The notes: generated by a model not told the origin, from the sequence alone. Shown: positions 1-13,431, counted from the first letter of the stretch. The stretch: DNA of 64,000 bases from Octopus vulgaris (GCA_951406725.2 OX597818.1:147250001-147314000); one strand, 5' to 3'. Numbers and translations: made by a program.

Positions 1-257
1 TCCTGTGCAGGTGGCATGTAAGAAATACCACTTGGAGCATTGCCGTTGCCAGTACGGCTTGACTGGCCCCCGTGCCAGTAGCACATAAAAGCACCCACTA
101 CACTCTCTGAGTGGTTGGCGTTAGGAAGGGCATCCAGCTGTAGAAACTCTGCCAGATCAGATTGGAGCCTGGTGCAGCCATCTGGTTTGCAAGACCTCAG
201 TCAAATTGTCCAACCCATGCTAGCATGGAAAGCGGACGTTAAACGATGATGATGATA
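1..257 (+). mobile_element. 5'-truncated 3' UTR fragment of the RTE LINE family, (GAT)n tail
   Basis: Same sequence (gcacccactacactc...ggaagggcatccagctgtagaaac...ccaacccatgctagcatggaaagcggacg + (GAT)n) follows RT C-terminal sequence in the copies at 22693-23447 and 61440-62036. Confidence 0.8.
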
Positions 258-274
258 TGTATTATATAAATGTG

Positions 275-660
275 TTTAGGTATGGTTGCGTGTAAGAAAC
301 TTGCTTCCTAACCACATGGTTCTGTGTTCAGTAACTTCTACTATAGCCTCAGGCCAACCAAACCTCATGCATGGATTTGGTAGATAGAAACTGAAAGAAG
401 TCCATCATATATACATACATATATATATACGTGAGTGTGTCTTTGTCTCTATGTTTGTCACCTAACCATTGCTTGATAACCAATGTTAGTGTGTTTACGT
501 CCCCATAACTTAGCTGTTTGGTAAAAGAGCCCAATAAAATAAGTACTAGGTTTACAAAGAATAAGTCCTCAGGTTGATTTCTTCAACTAAAAATCCCTTT
601 AGGGCGGTACTCCAGCATGGCTGCTGTCAAATGACTAGGACAAGTAAAAGGATAAAAGAA
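275..660 (+). mobile_element. tRNA-derived SINE, family A (internal TA/TG microsatellite), diverged
   Basis: Homologous to the better preserved copies at 62185-62552 and 63378-63745. Confidence 0.75.
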
Positions 661-904
661 TATATATATATACACACACACAATTTAATGTAAATAAGGA
701 AAGCTATATACTGAGCATATATGTTAATGCAAACATGTATGCATAATTTCTTCCATTCTGGAATTAATACTACATGAAGAAGGTTATGAAACAGCCGTAA
801 CCCTATGGAAAACAAGTGGCTAAATAAATATATATTCACCTCTCATAGCTTTTGACTTAATGATTTAATGGTTTAATATATACATGTGTGTAGGAGAAAG
901 GGAG

Positions 905-1170
905 AGAGAGTATATGGTCTAGTGGTTAGGGTGTTGCACTCACATTCGCAAGATTGGGGTTTTAATCCTGGACTGGGTGGTGCATTGTACTCTTGAGAAA
1001 AACACTTCATCTCATGTTGCTCTGTGATCATTCGACACCTGACACATGGTACATCATGCACCTGTTCAAACAATGTCGATTTGATGGAGGGAGTAAGCTA
1101 ATCTACAACGCATACATTTGATCACGATAAACAAATCATTTGTGCAGGTTATTCGGCAAGAAATTGTAGA
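905..1170 (+). mobile_element. tRNA-headed SINE, diverged
   Basis: A-box-like tggtctagtggttagg and degenerate B-box, followed by cttgagaaaaacactt core similar to the family B head. Confidence 0.55.
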
Positions 1171-1478
1171 ACTATTTTTCTCAAATTACTATAGACTACC
1201 ATCCGTATCTATTATATAAACGAGAGTGTATGTGGTTATGTATGTGTGTTTAGCTCTGAAAGGATCTGAAACAGTGCATCCTCAAGAAAAAACGAATTTA
1301 ATTTATGAAATCTGCATCCCAGAGAAGGTTGTCTGAAATAATAATGAAAAATATAGTTTTCTACGAGAAATAACTCAACATTTAGATTGATAAATCTCTT
1401 ACTCTCTATCTGTCACCATCAGGCTCTCTCTCTTTTACACCTTTCCCTCTCTATGTATATTTACCACAATCTTTATCA

Positions 1479-1516
<38 letters not shown>

Positions 1517-1582
1517 ATGTATCATCTTTCACTTTATTTAAAATTTCATCTTTCTAAGGCTTACTTTCATTTTATAATCCAC

Positions 1583-1753
1583 AGCTATCATGCCCAAAAT
1601 TCTGTTTTCTGATTGGGTAGAAATTATCAAACTTTAAACTTCTTTAACATTTTCAGAAATTTGATTCAGCATGAAAAAGTACATCAATATACCAAATTTG
1701 AAAATTTTCACTTAATTCTTAAATTTCAAAACGTGTTACAGCAACTGAAAAGA

Positions 1754-1755
<2 letters not shown>
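1583..1755. repeat. Unclassified dispersed repeat
   Basis: Diverged reverse-complement copy at ~24128-24345. Confidence 0.55.
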
Positions 1756-1821
<66 letters not shown>

Positions 1822-3908
1822 TCCCTCTCTCTCTTTTCACTTTTCTCAATGTAAACTTTCTTCCTTTGTGTATTTACTACACTCTCTCTCACTCTCTGCA
1901 AATGAATATTGCAGTGTGTGTGTGTGTATGCATGGGTATAAGGAATTTTATTTGTGCAACAGTGATTCAAAAAAGGTATGTAAAAAATTATTCATTTTAA
2001 TAGCATACTTCTTTGTTAGTAAATATGTTTTTTCTTACACACACACACATGCGCATTGTCATGCTTGATATGGGGTGGAAATTAAAAATTTAAACTACAA
2101 AATCTTTTATTGGTGTTGCTTTTAAATCCAAGCAATGGATCACTGCATCAACATTCCATAAAATGAGTTTATAGAGAGAAAAATATTGAAAAACATCAAT
2201 ACACGCCAGAATAACAAAGAAATGGGGAAGGTACCAGGTGATCGTGGGATGTGCTAGAAACACCAGCTAAATCTTCCTTAAATCATACACATTTATTTCT
2301 AAAAATTATTTTGAAATTATAAACAGAACCAAATTTCAGATTCAGACTGTCCAAAATTTAAAACTATGATTAAAAAAGCCAAAATTTTATGATTTACGGA
2401 GAGAGCAGGGTTAATGAAAAAAAAATTCTTTTAAATTTTACTATTGCTTTTTAAATTACATTTCATTTTCTGTTTGGAAATAAAGAAAATAGGGATTGTA
2501 ATGGTGATTGCTGATTTCCAAGATATTTTTTTAATCTTCAAGGCTTCTTCCATCATTTTTAAGTGTTTAGGGGAAAAAAAAAAAAATGGACAAAATCATG
2601 GTAGAGGTGGGATTCATAAATTTTCAAAAATTTTTTTCATTAGAAGCTCATCCTTGTTATTTGGTGAAAAAAATTTGAAAAATCCCCATCAAAACAGGGA
2701 AAATTCAACTTATGTGGGTGTGCTGTTCTGAAAATCTGCAAAGGTATTCTAATGTGAAAATAAAGTAAAATAGGATAAAATACAATAAAAGGAGGAAGAA
2801 GAAATAAAATAAAATAAAGTAAAACAATATAATATACAATGAAATGTAGTTGAGGAGTAGGAAGTTTAATTTTCTGTAATAGGTTGATGGATATGATAAA
2901 AAATTTCAAAAGTTCATGGATATAAAAGCTTTAAAGGTTCCTCCTCCTCCTCCGCCGCCGCCTCCTCCTCCTCCTCCTCCTCCTCCTCCTCCTCATCATC
3001 ATCATCATCATCATCATTTAATGTCCATTTTTCATGCTAGCATGGATTGGATGCACCAGGGGCTGCACCAGGTTCCATTGTCTGTTCTGACATAATTTCT
3101 ACAGCTGGGTGCCCTTCCTGACATGGATATGAAAGTTAAAGGATGTGTAAAAGGTTTATAGTTATGGAATTAAGTATAAAAGTAGATAGGCAGATAAATA
3201 GATAGACTGATAGATCAGTTGATAGCTAGATCTTCCTCTATCCCCTTTATATCACTTATACTCTCTCTCTCTCTCTCTCATTCCACTGTTCTCTATGGAT
3301 AGAACCCAATGCATCTCCAACACCATCTATTTCTCTCTCTCTCTCTCTCATGCTGACTGTCTCTCTATCTACAGGAGTAGTTAAGTATCTCCCCTGTTAA
3401 AAGGCACCTATCTCTATCCCTGTATTATACATTCACTTGGCACAAAGCCACTTCGCAACCCCATTGGTGTTGGTGTAACATAAAGTACACTAGTGTTGAT
3501 GTGACACAAAAAGCCTTCAGTACACTCTGTAAAGTAGTTAGCATAGAAACCATGCTGAAGTAGACAATGTTGCCTGATGCAGCTCTCCAGCCTTGCCAGC
3601 TCCTGCCAAACTGTCCAACCCATGCCAGCATGGAAGACAGATGATAAATAATGGTGTTGTTGATGATGATGATGATGATGATGATATATATATTTTTTTG
3701 GTTTCAGTCATTAGACTGCAGCCACGCTGGAGCAGCACCTTGAAGGACTTTCAACCACATGAATTGACTCCAGTACTTATTTCTTTTTTAAGTATGGTAC
3801 TTATTTTATTGGTCACTTTTTGCCAAACCGCTAAGTTATGGAGATTTAAACAAACCAGCACTGGTTGTAAAGCAGTGGTGAGAAACGAACAAACACACGC
3901 ACACAATT

Positions 3909-4230
3909 GACTCCTTTCAGTCATGAACGACCATGGGGTTTCACCTAGCAGGTTCCCCTCTGAGGCACAAATCCAAGCAAGGTTGTTTATGGAAGACCAG
4001 CAGTTGCCCATGCATACAAGCCTCCCTTCTCCATGCCATCGGTGTTAACCAAGGGAAAGGTAAAGGCTGATACAGCTTGGCGTCAGTAACCTTACAAGTC
4101 ATTTCTACAGCTGAGTGAACTGGAGCAACGTGAAATAAAGTGTCTTGCTCAAGAACACAACTCACGGTGCAGTCCAAGAATTGAACTCACTACCTCATGA
4201 TTGTAAACCCAACACTCTAACCACTGAGTC
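3909..4230 (-). mobile_element. tRNA-derived SINE, family B
   Basis: Head ctcagtggttagagtgttgg...gagttcaattc on minus strand; homologous to 28895-29222. Confidence 0.8.
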
Positions 4231-4233
4231 ACA

Positions 4234-4443
4234 GGCTGTAGAAATGAGTTGCAATGTCACTGGCACCGAGTTCTATCAGCCTTTGTCTTTCCCTTGGATA
4301 ACACTGGTATCATGGAGAGGGGAAGGTGGTATGCATAGGCAACTGCTAGTCTTCCATGAACAACTTTACCTGAACTTGTGCCTCAGAAGGGAGCTTTTTA
4401 GGTGCAATCCCATGAAAATTCCTGACTGAAGGGGGTCTTTACC

Positions 4444-4445
<2 letters not shown>
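4234..4445 (+). mobile_element. Headless family B SINE body, inverted relative to its neighbour
   Basis: Reverse complement of ~3909-4112. Confidence 0.75.
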
Positions 4446-4508
<63 letters not shown>

Positions 4509-4611
4509 TATATCAAAGTATTGGGGGCGATGTACAGATTTAATACATATGAAAGAAAAAGGTGTTCAGAATGCTGGATGGTTGTATATAAAAAGAAATA
4601 TATATTTATTT

Positions 4612-4892
4612 ACACCACCATCCGACCATGGCCGTTGCCAGCTTTGTCTGGTCTCCGTGCCGGTGGCACGTAAAAAGCACTATCCGATCGTGGCCGTTTG
4701 CCAGCCTCGTCTGGCACGTAAAAAGCACCCACTACACTTACGGAGTGGTTGGCATTAGGAAGGGCATCCAGCTGTAGAAACACTGCCAGATCAGACTGGG
4801 CCTGGTGTAGCCTTCTGGCTTCCCAGACCCCAGTTGAACCGTCCAACCCATGCTAGCATGGAAAGCAGATGCTAAATGATGATGATGATGAT
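4612..4892 (+). mobile_element. RTE 3' UTR fragment with (GAT)n tail
   Basis: Homologous to 1-257. Confidence 0.8.
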
Positions 4893-4967
4893 ATCACATA
4901 TTATTTCTTCAAATCACATATTTAATTACATATTTAAGCACTTTCAACCACTACTATAGTTTAATCA

Positions 4968-5192
<225 letters not shown>

Positions 5193-5542
5193 CCATTGGG
5201 TTTCTTTCAGTTTCTGTCTATAAAAAACCCATTCATGAGGCTTTAATCAGCCTGAGGCTATAAAAGAAGCTACTTGCCCAAGGTGCCATGCAGTGGGACT
5301 GAACCCAGTACCGTGTTGTTTTCTTTTTACCATTTCTCTTTTCCACAGCCATACTGGGGTACCACCTTGAGAGTTTTAGTTGAACAAATCAGCCCTATTA
5401 CTTATCTTATTTTTAAACCTGGTACATTTTCTATCAGTCTCGTCAAAATGAGGGTAAAAAATTGGATATTAATTTAATAACATCAATTTAAACACCAGTG
5501 GCCTAGCGTATAAAAGACTGAGATTCAGTAAATATTATTAAT

Positions 5543-5746
5543 ACACAACTATGAGAGAGAATCCACTATGTGGACGCTCTTACGCTAGATATAGATCCGC
5601 AAAGGGACTCAACCACTTGTTCTCAAGAAATAATTCAACACTTGGTGTGATGAGTTATTTCTTGAGAACAATTCTTAGTGGTTGAGTCCCTTTGCGGATC
5701 TATATCTAGCGTAAGAGCGTCCATATAGTGGATTCTTTCTCATAGT

Positions 5747-5752
<6 letters not shown>
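5543..5752. repeat. Near-perfect ~210 bp palindrome inside a split family A SINE
   Basis: acacaactatgaga...ttctcaagaaataa pairs with ttatttcttgagaa...tctcatagttgtgt. Confidence 0.9.
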
Positions 5753-5778
<26 letters not shown>

Positions 5779-5803
5779 GATAGATAGATAGATAGATATA
5801 CAT

Positions 5804-5845
<42 letters not shown>

Positions 5846-6192
5846 ACACACACACACATACACACACACACACACACATTTATGTACGACAGGTTTCTTT
5901 CGGTTTCTATCTACAGAATCCACTCAGAAGGTTTTGGCTAGCCCAGGGCTATAGTAGAAGACACTTGCCCAAGGTGCCACACAGTTACATTGGATCTGTA
6001 ACCATGTGGCCATGAAGCAAACTTCTGATCACACAGCCATGCCTGCACCCATCTGTGAGTGTGTATGTGCGTGTGTGCTTGCGTATATATATATATAAAT
6101 AAATGTATATGTATATATATATGTATATATATATATGTATGTATACATACACACACAAATACATATATATAGTTATATACACATATATACAG

Positions 6193-6225
<33 letters not shown>

Positions 6226-6235
6226 GATGACTGCT

Positions 6236-6268
<33 letters not shown>

Positions 6269-7013
6269 ATAGATATGTACATACATACATACATACACAA
6301 CAGGCTTCTTTCAGTTTCTATCTACCAAATCTTCTTAGAAGGGTTTGGTGAACCAGGGTGTTTAGTAGAAGACACTCATCCAAGATGATGTTCAGTGGGA
6401 TTGAATCAAAAGCTATGTGGTTGAGAAATAACTTTGTTAACCACACAGCCATGTCTGCTATCATGCATAGAATTTTTGCATGTACGCGTACATATTTATG
6501 TTTATACATACATGCACACAGACACACGCACAGACACGCACGCATACACACACATGTATACATACCAGTATATCATTACATATGCACCCTCATAGATAAT
6601 AAGTAAACCAAAAACATATTGACTTCTTTTTTTTTACTGTTTGGAAATGGTGAGTCATAGCTCATCTATTTTATGCTATCAGTCAAGTCTTGTAATCAGT
6701 GAACAGATCTGTAAGTGTGTGTGTGCGCGCACATGTGTGTGCATGCATGACCGTGTGTATGTGTATACATATGCATGTGTGAATATATATATATATACAA
6801 AATAAGAAAATGGAGAAATACATCCAAATCAAATATCAACTACCAGATAATACCCAATCACATACTTTATTAAACCACTACATAAGAAACTTTAAGGTCA
6901 AACATAATAATATATGACAAAACAGTGTACATAAAGGAGTAATATGATACAATAAGTACAATATGTATAAGAGAATATAAATATGAATAAATATAAATAT
7001 AAATATAAACTAC

Positions 7014-7140
7014 ATCTTACAGCTGTTTCACCCATGCAGATAAGTATGTCTCATTTTACTTATATTAGCCATGTGTGGTAGGTCAATATGTAGTTATAAA
7101 TGAGACATTTACAAAAATATCCTAAGGCCTCTTCGGAGAT
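7014..7140 (-). ncRNA. Type I hammerhead ribozyme-like motif (core variant CCGAAGA)
   Basis: atct-CCGAAGA-ggcc...gggt-GAAA-cagctg-TA-agat; palindromic stem III; long stem II containing atgtctcattt/aaatgagacat hairpin. Confidence 0.65.
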
Positions 7141-9175
7141 AATGAAATACAAACCAAATTACATATATACTCATATAAGTGTGGGTACATACCCATAATA
7201 AATCATATACATATACATGAGTGTATATACTCATACTCCTTACATATACATATTCATATACATAATAATATAAATAATATAAATCAATAAACATACATAT
7301 GTTCCATATTCAATGTTACAGTTTTTCAACTTAATATTGTGATATTACAATGTAGAAAACATACACATATTAATACCCAAATGCAGATATACAGAGTCAA
7401 GAGTACATTATATTAATTTATATTAATTTACAAAATGTCATTAATGTTAACATCATTACTATTATCATTACCACTAATGCTACCAATATCATTATTCCTA
7501 TTATTAATAACACTAATACGAGCAAAACAATATATAGATCCCATTATTAGCAATATAATAGCAAAACCAAGGACCACAATAGTACTACAGTACCATGCAA
7601 AGCATTAAATATCTGCATATACATACAAAATGAGAAATAAAAGCATTCGGTTTACATGATATTAAGTTCCACAGGTGCACGGATGTACATATGAGTGCAA
7701 ATTTATAATTTCAATTGTGACACAAATACAGTATTACGTTCAGAAATAGTTAAGAATCGAACGCTAAAATATGATTGGCTTGTACATTTAAATTTAAATT
7801 ACAATTGTCTTCCTTACGGTTGGTTCGTTATGAAACATCCACACACGCACACTTGCAAACGTGCGCCCACACGCACATAAACACAGACAAATCACAACAT
7901 AAGAGATACCAGCCCACACACATGCTTACATACAAATCTACTCACATATATCCATAAAAATGTGTACATGCAAGCATACAGACATCCATACCTAGTCGAA
8001 GTATGTTATTATCATAAGATACATAATTAAAATAACACCGTATATTTCGTAAACAAATTATCTTGTCACTGAAACTTCTATATCGTTACATTTCTACTGT
8101 GTTTCTATTCAAACTTTCACCAATAAACCAGCACAGGCATGGGAAAACTATACCAACATTTATACATGCACACGCACACACACACACACATGCACATCCG
8201 CACATATCCATAAACATTTATACACTTGCATGCACTGTGTCTGCAAACATTCGCATATACATATATACATATTTAAATATGCATTTGCGTACTCATACGT
8301 ATAAGAAAAACATATACATATATATCCACCCATGAATATACATATACATATGAAAACATACATACACATACATATACATATGAACACATTTCGACATATC
8401 CACATATCCCCCCTACATGGCCTTGCTATTTGCTTTTGAGCCAAATTAACTAACTAACTAACTAACTAACATATATTTACTCAATTACAAAATATATGTC
8501 TGCCTATCAAAGGACGTATAAATACATACACAATAAGTTAACAGAAATTACTATTAATTAAGATATAAGTAAATTAATTATAAATTAAATTAATTATAAA
8601 TTAAATTAATTATAAATTAATAAGTGCAAAAAAAAAATAACTAAATAAATAAGAATGAATGAATAAATAAATAAATAAATTTTTTAAAAAATATAAATAA
8701 AAATAAATAAATAAATAAATAAATAGAAATATATATATATATCTATGTATAGATAAATAGATAAATAGAGTAAAATACAAATTAAGATGAGTACAAAGAT
8801 AAACTTAATATGTAAGGCTGCCAAACAAATACATGCAAAAACTTATATGCTCATCCAAAATAAACAATGTATACTAAATATAGACCCACATTTGTTACAT
8901 ATTGGTATAACAAAAACCCAAACCAGCGCCCTAAGATATGATGTGCATATACACCCTACACCCGTGGAAAACTCCGTGAAGATCAGAATATCATGTATAT
9001 ATCAAAATACATATATATTTCAGTATATTTTTCAAGCCGGGACAAAAACAATCAATATAGAACATATATATGGAGATACAAAATTATAAATTATAAATTA
9101 TAAAGACCAATAGTACAATCCTATATAGAGGAATGTTAAAAGATTACTGGTAGAGAAAATAGGTGCTATTTAAAT

Positions 9176-9529
9176 CTAGAGAAAGTATACGCTAATTTGT
9201 GAAGGCAAAAAAAAATTCCGCTCGTTAATGTTATTAATAATGGGTAGGCCAGCTTTGATGATGAAGAAAATTTCATTGATACGTAAAGAGCATTTTTTAT
9301 TTCTACTATTGTATACAAGTACAGAAGTTAGTATTTCCCAATTTAATTTAAAATCTATGTTCTTACTCTTGAGTTCCCAAATATACATACTTAACCCCGT
9401 AGAATTCATCCTATTTTTATTTTTAAAAGTATATCTATGATAGTTAAGCCGTTGTTTCATACTATTTTTAGTCGCACCAATGTACACCCTACTGTTATAT
9501 TGTGTATTTACAGTGTATTGATAAACTAC
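9176..9529 (-). pseudogene. GIY-YIG endonuclease fragment of a Penelope-like element
   Basis: VVY-x11-YIG motif, conserved R..H and C..E pattern; truncated at (TA)n. Confidence 0.85.
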
Positions 9530-9586
<57 letters not shown>

Positions 9587-9587
9587 C

Positions 9588-9618
<31 letters not shown>

Positions 9619-9690
9619 TAGATAGATAGATAGATAGATAGACAGATATCATTATATTCATCATCATTTAATGTCCATTTCCCATGAGGG

Positions 9691-9731
<41 letters not shown>

Positions 9732-9918
9732 AAGAAAAATAAAGAAAAATAAGTTGGCTAGCAGCAAGCTGTTTCGCCTCATACCGAAGGAATTAGAAAT
9801 GGCAGTCAAAGACCGTTTTTTCCATTTCTATAAGTGGACGTTCCAAAAACGAAGGCCCTTGCGGCTCACATACACAAAACCGGAGTGGCAAATACACGAA
9901 TTCAGTCACTTACCGTTA

Positions 9919-9991
9919 ATAGCGAACACGGTGTTTCTGGATCACAAACATATAAAAAAAGGTTGAGTTTGAATTCCTTCATCAGCGCTAT
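9919..9991 (-). ncRNA. Type I hammerhead ribozyme motif, copy 1
   Basis: atagcg-CTGATGA-agga...tcca-GAAA-caccgtg-TT-cgctat. Confidence 0.75.
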
Positions 9992-10461
9992 ATTCGTTAG
10001 CTTTATCAAATGCCACCAGCCCTCACTTCTGACCCAGCGACATCAGATAGTGGGGGAAGTGCGCAGATGTTAAAACCAAGTAACGACTGGGAACGTAAAT
10101 TTTCCCTCCAAAATTCTGCCATGCGCGCCTTCTGGGTAATCGTAATGGAATGAGGAATACAATAAAAATGGTAAATAATTTTCCTGTGGTTTTTCATGTA
10201 ACCAACAATTATTTACCGGTAAATTTCGGTATGTAAATACGACAAAATAATTGTCAAGACCTTTGTAAGGTTCAGTATATAGTAAAGAAAAATAAGTTGG
10301 CTAGCAGCAAGCTGTTTCGCCTCATACCGAAGGAATTAGAAATGGCAGTCAAAGACCGTTTTTTCCATTTCTATAAGTGGAGGTTCCAAAAACGAAGGCC
10401 CTTGCGGCTCACATACACAAAACCGGAGTGGCAAATACACGAATTCAGTCACTTACCGTTA

Positions 10462-10535
10462 ATAGCGAACACGGTGTTTCTGGATCACAAACATATAAAA
10501 AAAAGGTTGAGTTTGAATTCCTTCATCAGCGCTAT
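10462..10535 (-). ncRNA. Type I hammerhead ribozyme motif, copy 2
   Basis: Same motif 543 nt from copy 1. Confidence 0.75.
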
Positions 10536-10802
10536 ATTCGTTAGCTTTATCAAATTATTTTGTCGTATTTACATACCGAAATTTACCGGTAAATAATTGT
10601 TGGTTACATGAAAATTATTTACCATTTTTATTGTATTCCTCATTCCATTACGATTACCCAGAAGGCGCGCATGGCAGAATTTTGGAGGGAAAATTTACGT
10701 TCCCAGTCGTTACTTGGTTTTAACATCTGCGCACTTCCCCCCACTATCTGATGTCGCTGGGTCAGAAGTGAGGGCTGGTGGCATTTGATAAAGCTAACGA
10801 AT

Positions 10803-10875
10803 ATAGCGCTGATGAAGGAATTCAAACTCAACCTTTTTTTATATGTTTGTGATCCAGAAACACCGTGTTCGCTAT
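10803..10875 (+). ncRNA. Type I hammerhead ribozyme motif, copy 3 (opposite strand)
   Basis: CTGATGA 10809-10815, GAAA 10857-10860, 6-bp stem I atagcg/cgctat. Confidence 0.75.
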
Positions 10876-11199
10876 TAACGGTAAGTGACTGAATTCGTGT
10901 ATTTGCCACTCCGGTTTTGTGTATGTGAGCCGCAAGGGCCTTCGTTTTTGGAACCTCCACTTATAGAAATGGAAAAAACGGTCTTTGACTGCCATTTCTA
11001 ATTCCTTCGGTATGAGGCGAAACAGCTTGCTGCTAGCCAACTTATTTTTCTTTACTATATACTGAACCTTACAAAGGTCTTGACAATTATTTTGTCGTAT
11101 TTACATACCGAAATTTACCGGTAAATAATTGTTGGTTACATGAAAAACCACAGGAAAATTATTTACCATTTTTATTGTATATATATATATATATATATA

Positions 11200-13386
11200 A
11201 CTTAGAATAACTTAGAAAGGTTTTGGCCAGTATTGGCCCAGGCCATGTTTAACTTAATAGCACCACCTGGCGAAGTCTTTCAATTCAGGATTTGGGCACC
11301 AAGGCCCATTCGAGCAGAGAGTTATTGTTTGCGGAGACATATCCGGGTGTGGGTGGTTTGTCCGAGACTGTTTGAACGAATTTGTCCAAAGACTTCTTGA
11401 ATTTTGTGTGGTCAGTTTCTTTTTTGACGTGTCCTGGTGTAATGTTGAAGAGAGCGGGTCCAATTGAGGTGAAATAGTTGTGCCGTATTGTCGTTATGTG
11501 ATGCGATTTAGATTTTTGTTGTGGACGGATGGCACGTGGTCCAAGCCTTGGATGTATTTTGAAGGTGATGCCAACATCATTCGGACAGATAATGTAGCGT
11601 TCAGTAGTCAAGGTCTGACATGCCATCTATCTTTTTTGTTATTGACCTTTGGGGAGCTTCAATTCTCATAATATTTTGTTTTGTGTAGGGAGACCACAGT
11701 GGACAGCAGTATTCAAGGTGGGGTCGGGCAAAAGTGAAGAGAAGGATAATAGTGTGGGAATCTCTCGACTGGAAGGTTCTGAGAATCCAGGAACACATTC
11801 TGCGGGCCATGTCAACTTTGCTGCTTATATGTGTAGCCCAGCTTATGTTATTGTCCACTGGTACTCCCAAGTCTCTGATGTTGTTGGATGCCATGAGAAT
11901 TTCTCCAGAAGGAAGAGAGTATGGGAGTTTCAGAGCGTCCTCCCTTCCAAAGTGGATCAGTTCGAATTTGTCTTCGTTTAGTAACATGTTATTCTTTTCC
12001 GCCCATTGGACAACAGCCAGTAGGTCTGACTGAAGGCTTATTCGGTCATCCACGCCATTGATGACCTTCTGGAGCTTGGAATCATCAGCGAAGGTTCTGA
12101 TGTTACTGTGTTTGATGGTGTCAGTAATATCATTTATGTAGATGATGAAGAGAAGTGGGCCCAACACAGTGCCTTGTGGGACACCACTGCTGACTTTGGC
12201 TGGGCTGGATTTGACTCCTTCGACTACAACATGTTGGGTTCTGTTAGACAGGAAGCACTTGATCCACTGTAGCAGCTTTCTAGTGACACCAATATTGGAC
12301 AGCTTTCTCAGAAGGATCTTATGATCAACCCTGTCAAAGGCCTTGCTGAAATCAAGGTAGATGACATCAGTGTTGGAACCCTCTCCCAAGGCTCTCAAAA
12401 TGTCATCAAAATGATGCAGTAGCTGCGTCAGGCAATCTCTCCCATTACGGAATCCATGCTGGTTGGAGTTCAGCATATTATGACTCTCAAGGAAGTGAGT
12501 CATACGCGATCTCAGCACCCTCTCAAATACCTTGATGATATGAGAGGTGAGTGAGATTGGACGGTAATTCACGGCAAGCGATTTGTTTCCTTTTTTGAAA
12601 ACTGGGACAACAGACTGGGATAGAAGGTCTTCTGGTATATATCCAGCATCCAGTGAGTTCCACCACAGATTTGCTAGAGGGCGTGCAAGTTGGTTTTGAC
12701 ACATCTTCAAGACACAAGCAGGGAACCTATCGGGACCTACTGCTGAATTATGCTTCATTTCCTTTATTGCTGCTAAGACATCAGGAGCGCCAAAGGTTAT
12801 GTCCGATAAAGTGTATTGGGGAGTAACATCACTGATACAGCCCAGATCAGTCATATCAGGATTGCTGAAAACAGAGCAATATTGTTTCTGCAATATCTCT
12901 CCCATGGTTTTGGCATTGTCTTGAAGAGTACCATTTTCATCAATCAGAGGGCCAACAGTAGAACCAGTGACTGTGGTTTTTTGCAAATGAAAAGAACACT
13001 TTGGGATTGAGTTTGATCTTCTCAATGGCCCACGCCTCTTCAGCTCTTTGCTGACTATTGATGATAGACATCATGTTGTTTTGGAGTTTATGTTTTTTAA
13101 TCTCTAGCGACGAGATGGCAGTCAGGTTGGTGTGTTGCTGTTGACAGTATTTCAGCTTGTTGATCTTTTTGTTAATTCTTTTAATTTTCCTGATGAGAGA
13201 TTTTCTATTTCTAGGGATTCAACACTTAGATTTGTTTGCAGATCTTAATGGGGTGTGTTTTGCACATATGTTCTACAAATGACTGCCAGGATTTTTTGAT
13301 GTTAGTGGGTGTGTATGTGTGTGTGAAGGACCAATCGACTTGTGCAAGATCATTATTGATTGCTTCCCAATTTGCATTGTGGAAAT

Positions 13387-13390
<4 letters not shown>
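11200..13390 (-). mobile_element. CR1-group LINE, 5'-truncated, frameshifted RT
   Basis: ORF 11601-13025: YRPISLTS, QHGFR, YLDFSKAFDRVDH, GVPQGTVLGPLLF, FADD, RPHLEYCCPLWSP; C-terminus continues in ORF 11285-11626. Confidence 0.9.

Positions 13391-13431
<41 letters not shown>

Larger units (their letters stand above)
6797..9533 (-). mobile_element. 5'-truncated Penelope-like element (PLE): GIY-YIG endonuclease end plus long AT-rich 3' region
   Basis: Minus strand reads VVYQYTVNTQYNSRVYIGATKNSMKQRLNYH...STGLSMYIWELK...WEIL...CSLRINE; HHR motif downstream on the same strand; (TA)n on both flanks. Continuity of the AT-rich middle is inferred. Confidence 0.7.
9727..11178. mobile_element. Non-coding tandem plus inverted 543-bp repeat element with HHRs (retrozyme/PLE pseudo-LTR-like)
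   Basis: ~1.5 direct units (9727-10554; period 9754->10297 = 543) joined to ~1.15 inverted units (10552-11178); copies nearly identical; (TA)n on both sides. Confidence 0.9.

Noticed and set aside
10925-11035. Second hammerhead per 543-bp unit (gcctt...gaggc-GAAAC-agct)
   Set aside because: No CUGANGA core and no closing stem I; at most a relic
9754-11040. Repeated small ORFs (MASSKLFRL..., MEVPKTK...)
   Set aside because: Non-ATG starts, frames differ between copies, no recognisable domain
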